64,000 bases of DNA from Patescibacteria group bacterium (GCA_038061995.1 JBBTYA010000002.1:83282-147281), one strand, 5' to 3'; counted from the first letter of the stretch, positions 1 to 9,851 are shown. Made by a program: numbers and translations. Notes: generated by a model from the letters alone, not told the origin.

Positions 1-52
1 TAGTAGACTAGTGCTTTCGTTTCCTGTAGAGTACGGCGCTAAGGAGGCGGCT

Positions 53-325
53 ATGCTCGATGGATTGATTTGGCTCGCCATCGCATGGGGCTTTGGGTTC
101 GTTGGAAGCGTGCTCGCTGGGCTCCATGCGGTGATGGGTGTCGGCTTGCTCGCCTTGACCGGCGTGCTGATCGCCGTCATTTTCAAGCGATCTCCGGGCG
201 GCATCACGGGAAGTTCCCCTTCGTCAACATTCGATGTTGCCAGTACGAGAGATCGATGCGTTCTTCTCCTCTGGTTGATCGCATGGGTGGCGGGACTCTG
301 CCAAGGACTGTGGGCGGCATCGTAG
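53..325 (+). CDS. small orphan membrane protein (about 3 TM segments)
   Basis: AAGGAGG SD before ATG 53; hydrophobic segments; followed by a terminator. Confidence 0.65.
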   Translation: MLDGLIWLAIAWGFGFVGSVLAGLHAVMGVGLLALTGVLIAVIFKRSPGGITGSSPSSTFDVASTRDRCVLLLWLIAWVAGLCQGLWAAS

Positions 326-334
326 TCGTTCACC

Positions 335-369
335 GTGGCCGCTGTTAACACCAGCGGCCATTGTTTTTT
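335..369 (+). terminator. intrinsic terminator
   Basis: TGGCCGCTG/CAGCGGCCA stem followed by T-rich tail. Confidence 0.75.
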
Positions 370-423
370 ATAACGCATACCGCAAGCCCCCTTCCCACAC
401 ATATAGCCCCCCACCCCCTCCCC

Positions 424-523
424 ACCACGCGTCGAGCATCCTGCGAATGCTCGCGCTCCTACTCGCCCTCACCTTACGTTATTGAGCAACTCTTACTGTT
501 CGGGCTGTGAGAGGGTAGAACCG
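424..523. repeat. 100-bp dispersed structured repeat, copy 1
   Basis: 94/100 identical by eye to 58349..58448; internal CGAGCAT/ATGCTCG hairpin. Confidence 0.9.
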
Positions 524-577
524 TGGGCGTGGGGTATGTGTGCTAGGTGAGGTAGTAGTGTAATATGTCGTAAGAAA

Positions 578-1543
578 ATGAACTACGGATTCTGGAAAGA
601 GTTACCACAACCATTTTTTGTACTAGCGCCCATGGCAGATGTTACTGATCTGCCGTTTCGTCGCATCGTTGCACAGTGCGGCCGTCCCGATGTGTGGTAC
701 ACCGAATTTGTTGCAGCGGCGGGGCTTGCGTCACGTGGACGTGAAAAACTCTTGCCGCTTCTTCGCTTTGAACCCAGCGAGCAACCTATTGTGGCGCAAT
801 TTTTTGGAGCAGATCCGGAGCAGATGTTTCAAGCAGCACAGCTTGCGCGAGAACTCGGCTTTGCTGGTGTAGATATCAATATGGGATGCCCTGATCGAAA
901 GGTGATGAAGCAAGGTGCCGGCATTGGTTTGTGCAAAGATCCTGCGCGTGCGCGAGCTATCATCGCTGCCGCAAAAGAAGGCGCCGGAGATCTTCCCGTT
1001 TCTGTGAAAACACGACTCGGTCTTTCCAGTGTTGACCTTGAAGGATGGATCCGCCCACTTCTTGAAGAGCATATTCCCACCCTTATTATTCACGGACGCA
1101 CTGCGAAAGAATTATCACAAGTTCCTGCGCACTGGGATCTCATTGCAAATGTGGTTGCTATGGCAAAAGAATATCAGACGCTTGTTGTCGGCAACGGAGA
1201 CGTGATGTCTCGCGCAGAAGGCGAAGCGCGCGCACAAGAAAGTGGTGCAGATGGCGTTATGGTTGGGCGAGGTATTTTTCATAACCCGTGGTTGTTTGCT
1301 ACTGATCCTGATCGTCCACGTACACCTCGCGAACGAATTATATTATTACAAGCACATGCGGATGCGTTTGAAGAGATTTGGGGAGCGCGTGCCAGAAATT
1401 TTGATACGCTTAAACGCTTCTTTAAGATTTATATCTCGGGATGGGATGGCGCGAAAGAGGTGCGCACGCAGTATATGGAGGCAAAAACGTTTGATGACGT
1501 ACGTGCCATCACTCGCAGCGCGCTTTTACAATTCTCCGCATAA
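578..1543 (+). CDS. dus: tRNA-dihydrouridine synthase (Dus family)
   Basis: LAPMADVTD, DINMGCP, VSVKTR, IHGRT, GNGDV and VMVGRG motifs. Confidence 0.95.
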   Translation: MNYGFWKELPQPFFVLAPMADVTDLPFRRIVAQCGRPDVWYTEFVAAAGLASRGREKLLPLLRFEPSEQPIVAQFFGADPEQMFQAAQLARELGFAGVDINMGCPDRKVMKQGAGIGLCKDPARARAIIAAAKEGAGDLPVSVKTRLGLSSVDLEGWIRPLLEEHIPTLIIHGRTAKELSQVPAHWDLIANVVAMAKEYQTLVVGNGDVMSRAEGEARAQESGADGVMVGRGIFHNPWLFATDPDRPRTPRERIILLQAHADAFEEIWGARARNFDTLKRFFKIYISGWDGAKEVRTQYMEAKTFDDVRAITRSALLQFSA

Positions 1544-1586
1544 AAAATATCCCCGCCACGGTGTGTTGTGACGGGGAGGGGAGGGA

Positions 1587-1859
1587 CTAGTTGTCGCCCG
1601 AGAGCACGAACTTTCGCGCTCTGCGCGGGTCGGCGAGTCGCTGCTGGTGCACGCCGCTGACTTCTTCCAGGGCGCACGACGACGGCAGGCAACCGCACGT
1701 GGGGTAGAGGTCCGGCACGGGGGTGCCCGATTCCTGCAGAAAGATCTCGTAAATGGCCTTGTCGATCTGCGTGGCCTCGAGATCTTCAGTGAAAACGGGC
1801 GCGGGGATCGCTTCGCCGCGGCGTCTCAAGACGCGGATCTGCTGGGTGACGGGCTTCAA
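1587..1859 (-). CDS. orphan hypothetical protein
   Basis: 90-aa ORF with TTG start; upstream TTGACT-N17-GATAAT promoter; downstream hairpin with U-tract at 1543-1577. Confidence 0.45.
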   Translation of the reverse strand: MKPVTQQIRVLRRRGEAIPAPVFTEDLEATQIDKAIYEIFLQESGTPVPDLYPTCGCLPSSCALEEVSGVHQQRLADPRRARKFVLSGDN

Positions 1860-1941
1860 GGGCCGACATTTACATATTATCTACCCTTTTATGATTTTAG
1901 TCAAAATACTCACTGTGGGCGGTTCGTGGTACTAATAGTAT

Positions 1942-4857
1942 ATGCAGGCGCACGCTACTCGAAAGAATGTGGAAGCTGGCTATGAGAAAGCCTTTGCGGC
2001 GCTCAATGAACGCCAGCGTGAAGCCGTTTCTGCGCTTGAAGGCCCCGTGATGGTCATCGCAGGGCCGGGAACTGGGAAGACTCAGATGCTCACGTTGCGC
2101 ATTGCAACGATTCTTGCAAAAACCGACTACCCGCCGGAAGCGATCCTTGCGCTCACATTCACTGAATCTGGCGCTCTCGCGATGCGCAAGCGTTTAGCCG
2201 ATCTCATCGGGCCAGATGCCTATCGCGTTACGATTACAACCTTCCATGGTTTTGCGCACAACCTTATCCAAGCGCACGCCGATGCCTTTCCAGATATTAT
2301 TGGTGGTCGCGCGATGGCCGACGTAGAGGGCGTTGACCTTCTTTCTGAACTACTCCAAGCAGGGGCATATACGGCCTTACGTCCTAGTGGTGATCCTGAG
2401 TATTATATACAGCACTGTATTCGAGCTATTAGTGAGTTAAAGCGTGAAGGCATTTCTCCCGAGGCGTTTACCCAGATTGTTCGTGAGGATGTGCCGAGCG
2501 ACGAAGAAGAAGGCGAGACTTCAGACCGCATGTATGCACGGCGCGCAGAATTAGCAACGCTCTATGCCGCATACATGGCCGCATGTGCCGAACGGCGCTG
2601 GTATGATTTTGACGACATGATCACGCGTGCTCATGATGCCATGATGCATGATGGCGAAGTGGCTGCAGATGTGCGTGAGCGTTATCAGCACATTCTTATT
2701 GATGAACACCAAGACACCAACGCCGCACAGCACGGATTGGTAGACGCGATTATTCACGACGACACCAGCCCGAACATTTTTGTGGTGGGTGATACGAAGC
2801 AGGCGATCTATCGATTCCAAGGCGCTTCGCAAGAAAACTTTCATGCCCTTCAGCGAGCATTTAAAAAAATGCGCGTGGTAACGCTCGATACTAACTATCG
2901 CTCTACACAGCACGTCCTTGATGCAGCGCATGGTCTTGCACCACACAGTGAACCACTTCGTGCACACCGAGCGCTCGCGGGAACTCCAGTACGTATCGGA
3001 ATCTTTTCTCACACTGACGTTGAGCTTTTTGGCATTGCAAGAATTATCCAACAGCATATCACTGACGGTGTTGCCCCCGAAGACATTGCTGTGCTTGTAC
3101 GTGATAACGCGCATGCAGAACCCATCGTTCGCGCGCTAGGTCGCGTAGGTATTCGTGCTGCCCACACAGCGAATCAATCACTCTTTCGTCATCCACGTAT
3201 GCGGCCATTGCTTCTCCTTTTTCGCGCGGCGTGCAACGCGGGAGATCACTACGCACTCGCGGAAGCGCTCCAAGCTGGCGCGGGAAAGTGCGATGTTATA
3301 GACGTCTTTCGCTTCATGCGCACCTTGCGCTCTGGGCAAGATGCGTGGAATCTCATCCGCTCAGAGCCCGCATTGCGCGAAGCGGGGATTCTTCACCCAA
3401 AGCCATTTCTCGAAGTTGCTGAAAAAGTCATACGAGCTCATGAGTATGGGAGACAGCATGGCCCGCTGGCGCTCCTAGACCTTCTCATTCCTCTTGTGGA
3501 TCTCTTTGACTCTCCCGACGACATGACTGATATGCGCGCCTTGCGAACTCTGTATGCCGCAGTACGCGGCATTATGGCGCGGACTCCTGATATGTCATTA
3601 GATACCGCATGGCATGCGCTTGTGCGTGCGCACGATCACGGCGCGCTGTCTCTTCCCGTGCATGCGCTCCCGCCCGGCTACGTTCGTGTTATGACCGCAC
3701 ACCGTGCCAAGGGGCTTGAGTTCCGTGTGGTAGTGATCGCCCATGCTGTTGATGGAACGTGGGGTGGTAAACAGCGTCGCGAACTGCTTACGCTCCCTGA
3801 AAAGGTGTATCGCATCGCAGATGCAGTATCTACAGACCCAGAAGGCGACGAGCGCAATGTGTTTTATGTAGCGCTCACGCGCGCAAAAGATGTGGCTTAT
3901 ATTATGTACGCAACGCGAGACCTTGAAGACCGCGAGCGCCTTCCCTCGCGATTTCTTTCAGAGATCCACCCAGCGCATATTGAATCGCTTCCAGTAGATG
4001 TGTATGAATCTGCATATCTTACAGAACACGTAGCAGAGAGAGCACAGACTCAGCCACCCGCTGATGTGCACGCGTACGTGAAAGAATTATTTGTCACTTC
4101 GGGGCTTTCGGTGACTGCGCTGAATAACTATCTTTCATGTCCGTGGAAATTCTTTTTCCGTAATTTAGTGCGCATGCCAGAGGCGCCTCACGCGCACGCA
4201 CAGCTTGGCACGGCTATTCACGCAGCACTGCGTGCCTTTGGAGAGGCATTTACACGCACGGGGGAGCAGGCGCCAACCATCGCTCGCGCCGCATTCATAA
4301 AAGCACTAGAACATGAACCGCTCACGTTACGTGATCGCCAGCGTCTTGAAGAACGCGGGCTCGAAATGGTGGAAGGATATCTTACTGAGCGTGCCGAGCT
4401 GTGGCGCCGCGATGCTCTCTATGAACTGCGTATTTCAGATGTACCTGCCCATGAGGGGATCGTACTCCACGGCGCTCTCGATAAGCTTGAAAAGATTTCT
4501 CCCACAGAAGCGCACGTTGTGGACTATAAAACGGGAGCATTTAAAACACGCAATGCTCTTTTAGGAAAAACAAAAGACGCGACTGGAGATGAGGTGCGTC
4601 AGTTAGCGTTCTATGCAATTCTTTTACGTGGCTACCAAGGCGGCTCGCTTCGTATGGTATCTGGCCAGATTGAATATATTCAACCAGATTCACGCGAGAA
4701 GTATCGTGGTGAATCATTTGTAGTGGATGAACTTCCTGTCGCAGAGACAGAAGCGGCAATTAAAAAGGTCATCTCTGAAGTGCTCGCACTCTCATTCTGG
4801 GAAAAGAAGTGTGATGACCGCGAGTGCGCCTACTGCATGATGCGCTTTGGTGTATAA
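1942..4857 (+). CDS. UvrD/PcrA-family SF1 helicase fused to a C-terminal PD-(D/E)XK nuclease (AddA/AdnB-like)
   Basis: AGPGTGKT, DEHQD, VGDTKQAIYRFQGA, HRAKGLEF, YVALTRA; nuclease GALDK..VDYKTG and QLAFY; Cys in CPWKF and CDDRECAYC. Confidence 0.92.
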   Translation: MQAHATRKNVEAGYEKAFAALNERQREAVSALEGPVMVIAGPGTGKTQMLTLRIATILAKTDYPPEAILALTFTESGALAMRKRLADLIGPDAYRVTITTFHGFAHNLIQAHADAFPDIIGGRAMADVEGVDLLSELLQAGAYTALRPSGDPEYYIQHCIRAISELKREGISPEAFTQIVREDVPSDEEEGETSDRMYARRAELATLYAAYMAACAERRWYDFDDMITRAHDAMMHDGEVAADVRERYQHILIDEHQDTNAAQHGLVDAIIHDDTSPNIFVVGDTKQAIYRFQGASQENFHALQRAFKKMRVVTLDTNYRSTQHVLDAAHGLAPHSEPLRAHRALAGTPVRIGIFSHTDVELFGIARIIQQHITDGVAPEDIAVLVRDNAHAEPIVRALGRVGIRAAHTANQSLFRHPRMRPLLLLFRAACNAGDHYALAEALQAGAGKCDVIDVFRFMRTLRSGQDAWNLIRSEPALREAGILHPKPFLEVAEKVIRAHEYGRQHGPLALLDLLIPLVDLFDSPDDMTDMRALRTLYAAVRGIMARTPDMSLDTAWHALVRAHDHGALSLPVHALPPGYVRVMTAHRAKGLEFRVVVIAHAVDGTWGGKQRRELLTLPEKVYRIADAVSTDPEGDERNVFYVALTRAKDVAYIMYATRDLEDRERLPSRFLSEIHPAHIESLPVDVYESAYLTEHVAERAQTQPPADVHAYVKELFVTSGLSVTALNNYLSCPWKFFFRNLVRMPEAPHAHAQLGTAIHAALRAFGEAFTRTGEQAPTIARAAFIKALEHEPLTLRDRQRLEERGLEMVEGYLTERAELWRRDALYELRISDVPAHEGIVLHGALDKLEKISPTEAHVVDYKTGAFKTRNALLGKTKDATGDEVRQLAFYAILLRGYQGGSLRMVSGQIEYIQPDSREKYRGESFVVDELPVAETEAAIKKVISEVLALSFWEKKCDDRECAYCMMRFGV

Positions 4858-4998
4858 AAAAGAACGACCCCCGACTACTTCTTGTCGATGGCTTCAACCT
4901 CCAGTGCTAATTATAGCACAAAATAGAGTAAAAAGCAAGGCCCTCTTTACCCACTATTCCACACGTATTTCGAGGGCCTTGTGCTATACTTTTATGCG

Positions 4999-7095
4999 AT
5001 GGCAGGCACTAAGATCATACACGTCCTAAAGGACGATACCTTCGACGAGCTTCTTGGCATTGTGCAAGGGACGCCCGCCTCGGAGGTTGTTTTTATTCTT
5101 CCTAAGCGCTCTAAGGCGTTTTCTCAAACGGAAGATTTTGCGACGCTCGCAAGCGAGGCGTTGGCAAATGAAAAACGAGTTACGTTCATGACGCCAAACG
5201 CTGAAGTGGCAGCGTTGGCGCGCGATCATGCTTTTGAGGTAGTCCTCAACACCCCAAAGGGCGGAGCACGTAAAAAGCCACTGGCAGCACTCGCTGTCTC
5301 TGGAAGGAATGACGTTGTGCTTCCTTCGGATGAAGTCATGGGTGAACCCGATGAAGATGAAGGCGAAATTCCTGATCGCGCACCATTTCGAGGCGTAGAT
5401 GCAGATGGCGATGGTTTTTATGACGATCAAGAGCCAGGTGTGCCACGTAAAAAAGAAGACGAAGGATTCCACGAAGAAGAGTTGGATGCTGACGTCGATG
5501 GTACAAAAGTAGAGGAAGGCGAAGATGTAGATGCCGACGATGTCGATAAAGATGTGCTTGAAGATGATCTCGAACCTTCTCTTGATGAGCTCACAGACGT
5601 AGAAGCGGAAGAGGTCGCTGCTGATGGCGGCTCACCTCGCGCTACGCTTGCGGCGGCGCCAGGGCGTCGTCTGGATAGCGCAATTCCTTCTGCAATTGGC
5701 CGCGGAAGGGCGGTGCCCGTAAGAGGAACTCAAGGAAAGCGATCTACCGTTCCTTTGCAGAGAGAAGCGCGTGTTGATGACCTCGCAACAGTGTGGGGTG
5801 CGCCAAGTAAAGAGGGTGGTATTTGGGGACCTCCGGTGCCTACCACAGAAAAGCGCGGCTCCTGGTTCTCGCGACTATTTCGCAGGAGTCATTCTCAACC
5901 ACGCCCCGTAGCCGTTCGCGGTGGGGGCATTTCTACCGTCGGTAAAATCGGTATCGGCATCACAATCTTAGCTATTGCTGCCCTTGCCATCTATCTCTTC
6001 ACTCCGCAATCAGCTCATTTGGCTATTTCGCCTATGGCGTCAAAGCTTGAGGCGAGCTTACCCGTATTAGCGGATCGTAATGTGCAAGAGATGAATATAG
6101 CTATTGGGGTGATGCCTGGGCAATTCATTACTATAGAAAAGACTGCGGAACAGACATTTACGTCGAGCGGAGAGCGCGATGTGGCACAAAAAGCTCGTGG
6201 CACAGTAACTATTATCAATGCATTTAGCGCCACACCGCAGACATTTATTGCAACAACGCGTTTAGAAACCAAGGAAGGTCTCATGTTCCGTACATTGCGA
6301 ACCATTACGGTTCCGGGCATGCGCGGCACTGAACCGGGCAAAGCTTCTGTTGAGGTGATCGCGGATAAACCAGGCGTTACCTATAACATCGCCCCTAGCT
6401 CATTTGTATTTTCAGCATTTAAGGAGCGAAACGATGCTGAGCGCTATGCAAAGTTTACCGCGACATCATCCGCCCCTATGGCGGGAGGCATTCAAGGGAA
6501 GGCAAAAGTTGCTACGGAAGCTGATATCGTGAAAGCTCGCGCCGCAGTAGAGAATGAATTAAAGCAGCTTATCGCCGATGGACTTACTGACGCGCGCACG
6601 CGAGCGGTTATTCTCGATGGCGCCACCAAGACGTCAGAAGTGGCGATAACTACCTCAGTGCTTCAGGATGAAGCGGCAGATACCTTCACGGCAACCGCAA
6701 AGCAAACCATCACCACTGTAGGTTTTCGAGAAGAGGACATGCACGCCTTTATTAAAGAATCGCTAGAGAAGAAGCACCCTATTACTGTCTTGCCCGAATA
6801 TATAACGTATTCGGTGACGAACCCGATCTTCGATGAGAAGGCCGGTACGCTTCGTGGCACGGTGCAAGTGGGAGGTACGGCGTTTGCGGCCGTTTCTTCA
6901 GACGCCATCCGCGATGGAGTGCGTGGCCAAACACGCGAACAGCTCGAAAGCTTCATCCGCTCACAGGAAGCAAAGATAGGTTCTGCTCGCGTCACGCTCT
7001 CGCCTCGATGGGCCACAAAAGCCCCCGATGATACGAGCCGTATTTCGGTCGAATTGATCTATGCGACCCCTCAACCAAGCCCTACGAGCGACTAG
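4999..7095 (+). CDS. bitopic membrane protein with acidic disordered region and baseplate-J-like extracellular domain
   Basis: long ORF, single TM (IGIGITILAIAALAIYLF), KARGTVTIIN..VIADKPG..YNI region recalled as Baseplate_J-like. Confidence 0.6.
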   Translation: MAGTKIIHVLKDDTFDELLGIVQGTPASEVVFILPKRSKAFSQTEDFATLASEALANEKRVTFMTPNAEVAALARDHAFEVVLNTPKGGARKKPLAALAVSGRNDVVLPSDEVMGEPDEDEGEIPDRAPFRGVDADGDGFYDDQEPGVPRKKEDEGFHEEELDADVDGTKVEEGEDVDADDVDKDVLEDDLEPSLDELTDVEAEEVAADGGSPRATLAAAPGRRLDSAIPSAIGRGRAVPVRGTQGKRSTVPLQREARVDDLATVWGAPSKEGGIWGPPVPTTEKRGSWFSRLFRRSHSQPRPVAVRGGGISTVGKIGIGITILAIAALAIYLFTPQSAHLAISPMASKLEASLPVLADRNVQEMNIAIGVMPGQFITIEKTAEQTFTSSGERDVAQKARGTVTIINAFSATPQTFIATTRLETKEGLMFRTLRTITVPGMRGTEPGKASVEVIADKPGVTYNIAPSSFVFSAFKERNDAERYAKFTATSSAPMAGGIQGKAKVATEADIVKARAAVENELKQLIADGLTDARTRAVILDGATKTSEVAITTSVLQDEAADTFTATAKQTITTVGFREEDMHAFIKESLEKKHPITVLPEYITYSVTNPIFDEKAGTLRGTVQVGGTAFAAVSSDAIRDGVRGQTREQLESFIRSQEAKIGSARVTLSPRWATKAPDDTSRISVELIYATPQPSPTSD

Positions 7096-7098
7096 TCG

Positions 7099-7127
7099 TT
7101 GACAGCGGAACGCGCCTTTGCTACCAT
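7099..7127 (+). promoter_or_regulatory. sigma70 promoter of the infA-rpsI operon
   Basis: TTGACA-N17-TACCAT. Confidence 0.7.
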
Positions 7128-7175
7128 ATGCAAGCTCGCGCCGTTCGTATGTACGGATGCGGCTCCTTTTCACGA

Positions 7176-7385
7176 GTGGCTGACCAGAAGCAAAAAATAA
7201 CCGGTATGGTAGTTGAGGCATTGCCTGACACGAATTTTCGCGTCCAATTGCCCGACGGCCGCATTCTCCTCGTATACTTAGCGGGGAAGATGCGTCTCCA
7301 CCGTATCAAGGTTATGCTGGGCGACACGGTAACTGTGGAGCTTGCTCCTGACGGTTCCCGTGGCCGGATTGTGTATCGGAATTAA
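7176..7385 (+). CDS. infA: translation initiation factor IF-1
   Basis: GMVVEALPDTNFRV..YLAGKMR..IKVMLGD..RGRIVYR; GTG start chosen. Confidence 0.95.
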   Translation: MADQKQKITGMVVEALPDTNFRVQLPDGRILLVYLAGKMRLHRIKVMLGDTVTVELAPDGSRGRIVYRN

Positions 7386-7409
7386 TATTACTATTTATAG
7401 ACGATTGTT

Positions 7410-7523
7410 ATGAAGGTACGAGCTTCTGTCCGCCCCATGTGTAATAAATGTAAACTTGTGCGCCGCAAGAAGCGTATCTATTGCATTTGCTCGAATCCAA
7501 AGCATAAGCAGCGTCAAGGTTAA
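7410..7523 (+). CDS. rpmJ: 50S ribosomal protein L36 (below ORF-track size cutoff)
   Basis: translates as [37 protein letters not shown]. Confidence 0.97.
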   Translation: MKVRASVRPMCNKCKLVRRKKRIYCICSNPKHKQRQG

Positions 7524-7527
7524 GATT

Positions 7528-7914
7528 ATGCCTCGTATTTTTGGTGTTCAAATCCCTGATAATAAAAAAGTGCTCTACGCCCTTCAGTATTTGTATGGCG
7601 TAGGTTTGGCAACAAGTAAGAAGGTGCTTTCTGAAGCAAAAGTTGATGGTGATAAGCGTGCTCAAGAATTGAGCGCTGACGAACTCAACCGTATTCAGAA
7701 GATCCTTGAAGGCTCACATAAACTCGAAGGTGATCTCCGCAAAGAGATCGGACAGAATATCAAGCGCTATAAAGATATCGGTACCTTGCATGGGAACCGT
7801 TTAGCTCGCCGCCTGCCCCTGAAAGGCAACACCCGCCGTAATTCACGTACGACACGTGGAAATGTTCGTAAGACCATGGGTTCTGGCCGTAAGGATGCAA
7901 ACCAAAAGACCTAA
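7528..7914 (+). CDS. rpsM: 30S ribosomal protein S13
   Basis: MPRIFGVQIPDNKK..LYGVG..LEGDLR; operon position. Confidence 0.96.
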   Translation: MPRIFGVQIPDNKKVLYALQYLYGVGLATSKKVLSEAKVDGDKRAQELSADELNRIQKILEGSHKLEGDLRKEIGQNIKRYKDIGTLHGNRLARRLPLKGNTRRNSRTTRGNVRKTMGSGRKDANQKT

Positions 7915-7919
7915 TTCAT

Positions 7920-8357
7920 ATGGGAAAGAAGAAAATTGTCACAAAAGTTGATACTGAAGTTTCCTCAACCGCAGCCGCGGGTACTCCTGCACGCCGCGGT
8001 GCAAAGCGCCAGGTGCTCAATGGCATCGCGAACATTTCTATTTCATACAACAATACGATCATCTCTATTGCTGATATGAAGGGGAATGTGCTGTCGTGGT
8101 CATCTTCAGGGCTCTTGGGATTCAAGGGGACAAAGAAATCTACCCCATACGCCGCTAACTTGGTGGCAAAAGACTGTCTCGAGAAATCAAAAAAGTACGG
8201 CGTTGCGAACGTAAAGATCGTTGTTCGTGGCGTCGGCCCAGCTCGTGAGTCGGCTATTCGCGGCATTGCATCCAGTGGTTTGCATATTCTTTCATTGCTC
8301 GATCGCACACCTGTTGCTCACAACGGTGTCCGCGCTCGTAAGCCGCGTCGCATCTAA
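7920..8357 (+). CDS. rpsK: 30S ribosomal protein S11
   Basis: SYNNTI, GFKGTKKSTPYAA, DRTPVAHNGVR. Confidence 0.97.
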   Translation: MGKKKIVTKVDTEVSSTAAAGTPARRGAKRQVLNGIANISISYNNTIISIADMKGNVLSWSSSGLLGFKGTKKSTPYAANLVAKDCLEKSKKYGVANVKIVVRGVGPARESAIRGIASSGLHILSLLDRTPVAHNGVRARKPRRI

Positions 8358-8369
8358 TATTTATCATTT

Positions 8370-9011
8370 ATGGCACGTTATCTTGGACCACGAGAAAAAA
8401 TTGAGCGTCGCTTAGGAGAAAAGCTTGCCTTGAAAGGTGGGCGTTCTCACTCGCAAAAGTCAGCATTGGTACGTCGCCCGTACCCACCTGGTGTACATGG
8501 TAAAACGGGTAATTTTGGTAAGGTATCTGAATTCGGTCTCCAGCTTCGTTCGAAGCAGAAGGTTCGTAAGACCTATCGCCTCATGGAGAAGCAGTTTAAG
8601 AGCCTCATTCAGCGCGCTCTTACGGAAAAGAAAATCGACCCATACGACGCAATGATCGCAGCGCTCGAAACACGTTTGGATAACTCCGTGTTCCGCATGG
8701 GACTTGGACAATCCCGCGACCAAGCTCGCCAACTCGTAAGCCATGGTCACATCACCGTGAACGGCCGCAAGGTGACCATTCCTTCCTTCCGCGTCTCCCA
8801 AGGCGACGTTCTCGGCATTCGCGAAGGCAGTAAGAAGAACGTATTTATGGGAACCCTCATGCCACAGTGGCTTGCAAACTATGAAGCTCCAGCATGGATG
8901 GTGCTCGATAAGCAGACCCAGACCGCAACAATAACCACCATTCCAAAGATGGATGCCAGTGGTTTGAAGGTTGATGATTTGCAGGCAATTATTGAATATT
9001 ATTCCCGATAA
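8370..9011 (+). CDS. rpsD: 30S ribosomal protein S4
   Basis: MARYLGP, PPGVHG, LETRLDN, ARQLVSHGH, IIEYYSR. Confidence 0.97.
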   Translation: MARYLGPREKIERRLGEKLALKGGRSHSQKSALVRRPYPPGVHGKTGNFGKVSEFGLQLRSKQKVRKTYRLMEKQFKSLIQRALTEKKIDPYDAMIAALETRLDNSVFRMGLGQSRDQARQLVSHGHITVNGRKVTIPSFRVSQGDVLGIREGSKKNVFMGTLMPQWLANYEAPAWMVLDKQTQTATITTIPKMDASGLKVDDLQAIIEYYSR

Positions 9012-9095
9012 TTTCTGTCGCATCGCGTAGCTGCTTGAGCGCTCCCGACACGAATCCTCCTGACCGCTCATCACAGATACACGACGCACACCCGT

Positions 9096-9842
9096 ATGAT
9101 TCAAACCCCACACACAATCACCACGATCGAACGCAGCTCAACCCGCGGCGTTTTCGAGGTTGGACCTCTCATGCCAGGATATGGCGCGACCATCGCAAAC
9201 CCATTGCGTCGCGTGCTCCTTTCCTCATTACAGGGTGCGGCAGTAACTTCAATTAAGATCCAGGGCGTTGACCACGAGTTCTCTTCGATTGATCACGTGC
9301 TTGAAGATGCAATCCAGATTATTTTAAACGTAAAGAAGATCCGCTTGCGCTCTTTCGCAGACGGCCCAGTTACTCTTGTGCTTGAAGCAAAGGGTGAAGG
9401 CGTTGTGACTGCTGGAGACATGAAGCTTCCTGCAGATGTGGAAGTAGTGAACCCAGAACAGCCCATTCTTACTATCACCGACAAAAAGGCGACAGTGAGC
9501 ATGGAGCTTACGGTTGAACGCGGTGTTGGTTATGTTCCTACAGAGCAGCGCCAGAAGGAAAAACTTCCTATCGGCGTGATCGCGGTTGATGCAATCTTCT
9601 CGCCAGTAAAATTGGTGAATTTCCGCATCGATGATATCCGCGTTGGTGACCGTATCGACTTTAACAAAGTCACTATGGAAATCGTTACCGATGGCACCCT
9701 GACCCCAGAAGCAGCGCTCCGCAACGCATCGGAAATCCTTGCTGATCACTTTACCTCACTTGCCAAGATTGAGGTTCCTGATGTAACATCCCAGGACGCT
9801 CCAGCACCTAAGAGCAGTAAGAAGAAGGAACCAAAGGAATAA
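9096..9842 (+). CDS. rpoA: RNA polymerase alpha subunit lacking the alpha-CTD
   Basis: PLMPGYGATIANPLRRVLLSS, VDHEFSSI, DAIFSPV; 248 aa. Confidence 0.96.
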   Translation: MIQTPHTITTIERSSTRGVFEVGPLMPGYGATIANPLRRVLLSSLQGAAVTSIKIQGVDHEFSSIDHVLEDAIQIILNVKKIRLRSFADGPVTLVLEAKGEGVVTAGDMKLPADVEVVNPEQPILTITDKKATVSMELTVERGVGYVPTEQRQKEKLPIGVIAVDAIFSPVKLVNFRIDDIRVGDRIDFNKVTMEIVTDGTLTPEAALRNASEILADHFTSLAKIEVPDVTSQDAPAPKSSKKKEPKE

Positions 9843-9851
9843 GAGCACACT

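Noticed and set aside
4903-4919. TTAGCACT half-CIRCE on the minus strand
   Set aside because: The arms have the wrong orientation and spacing for a CIRCE, and no heat-shock gene follows.
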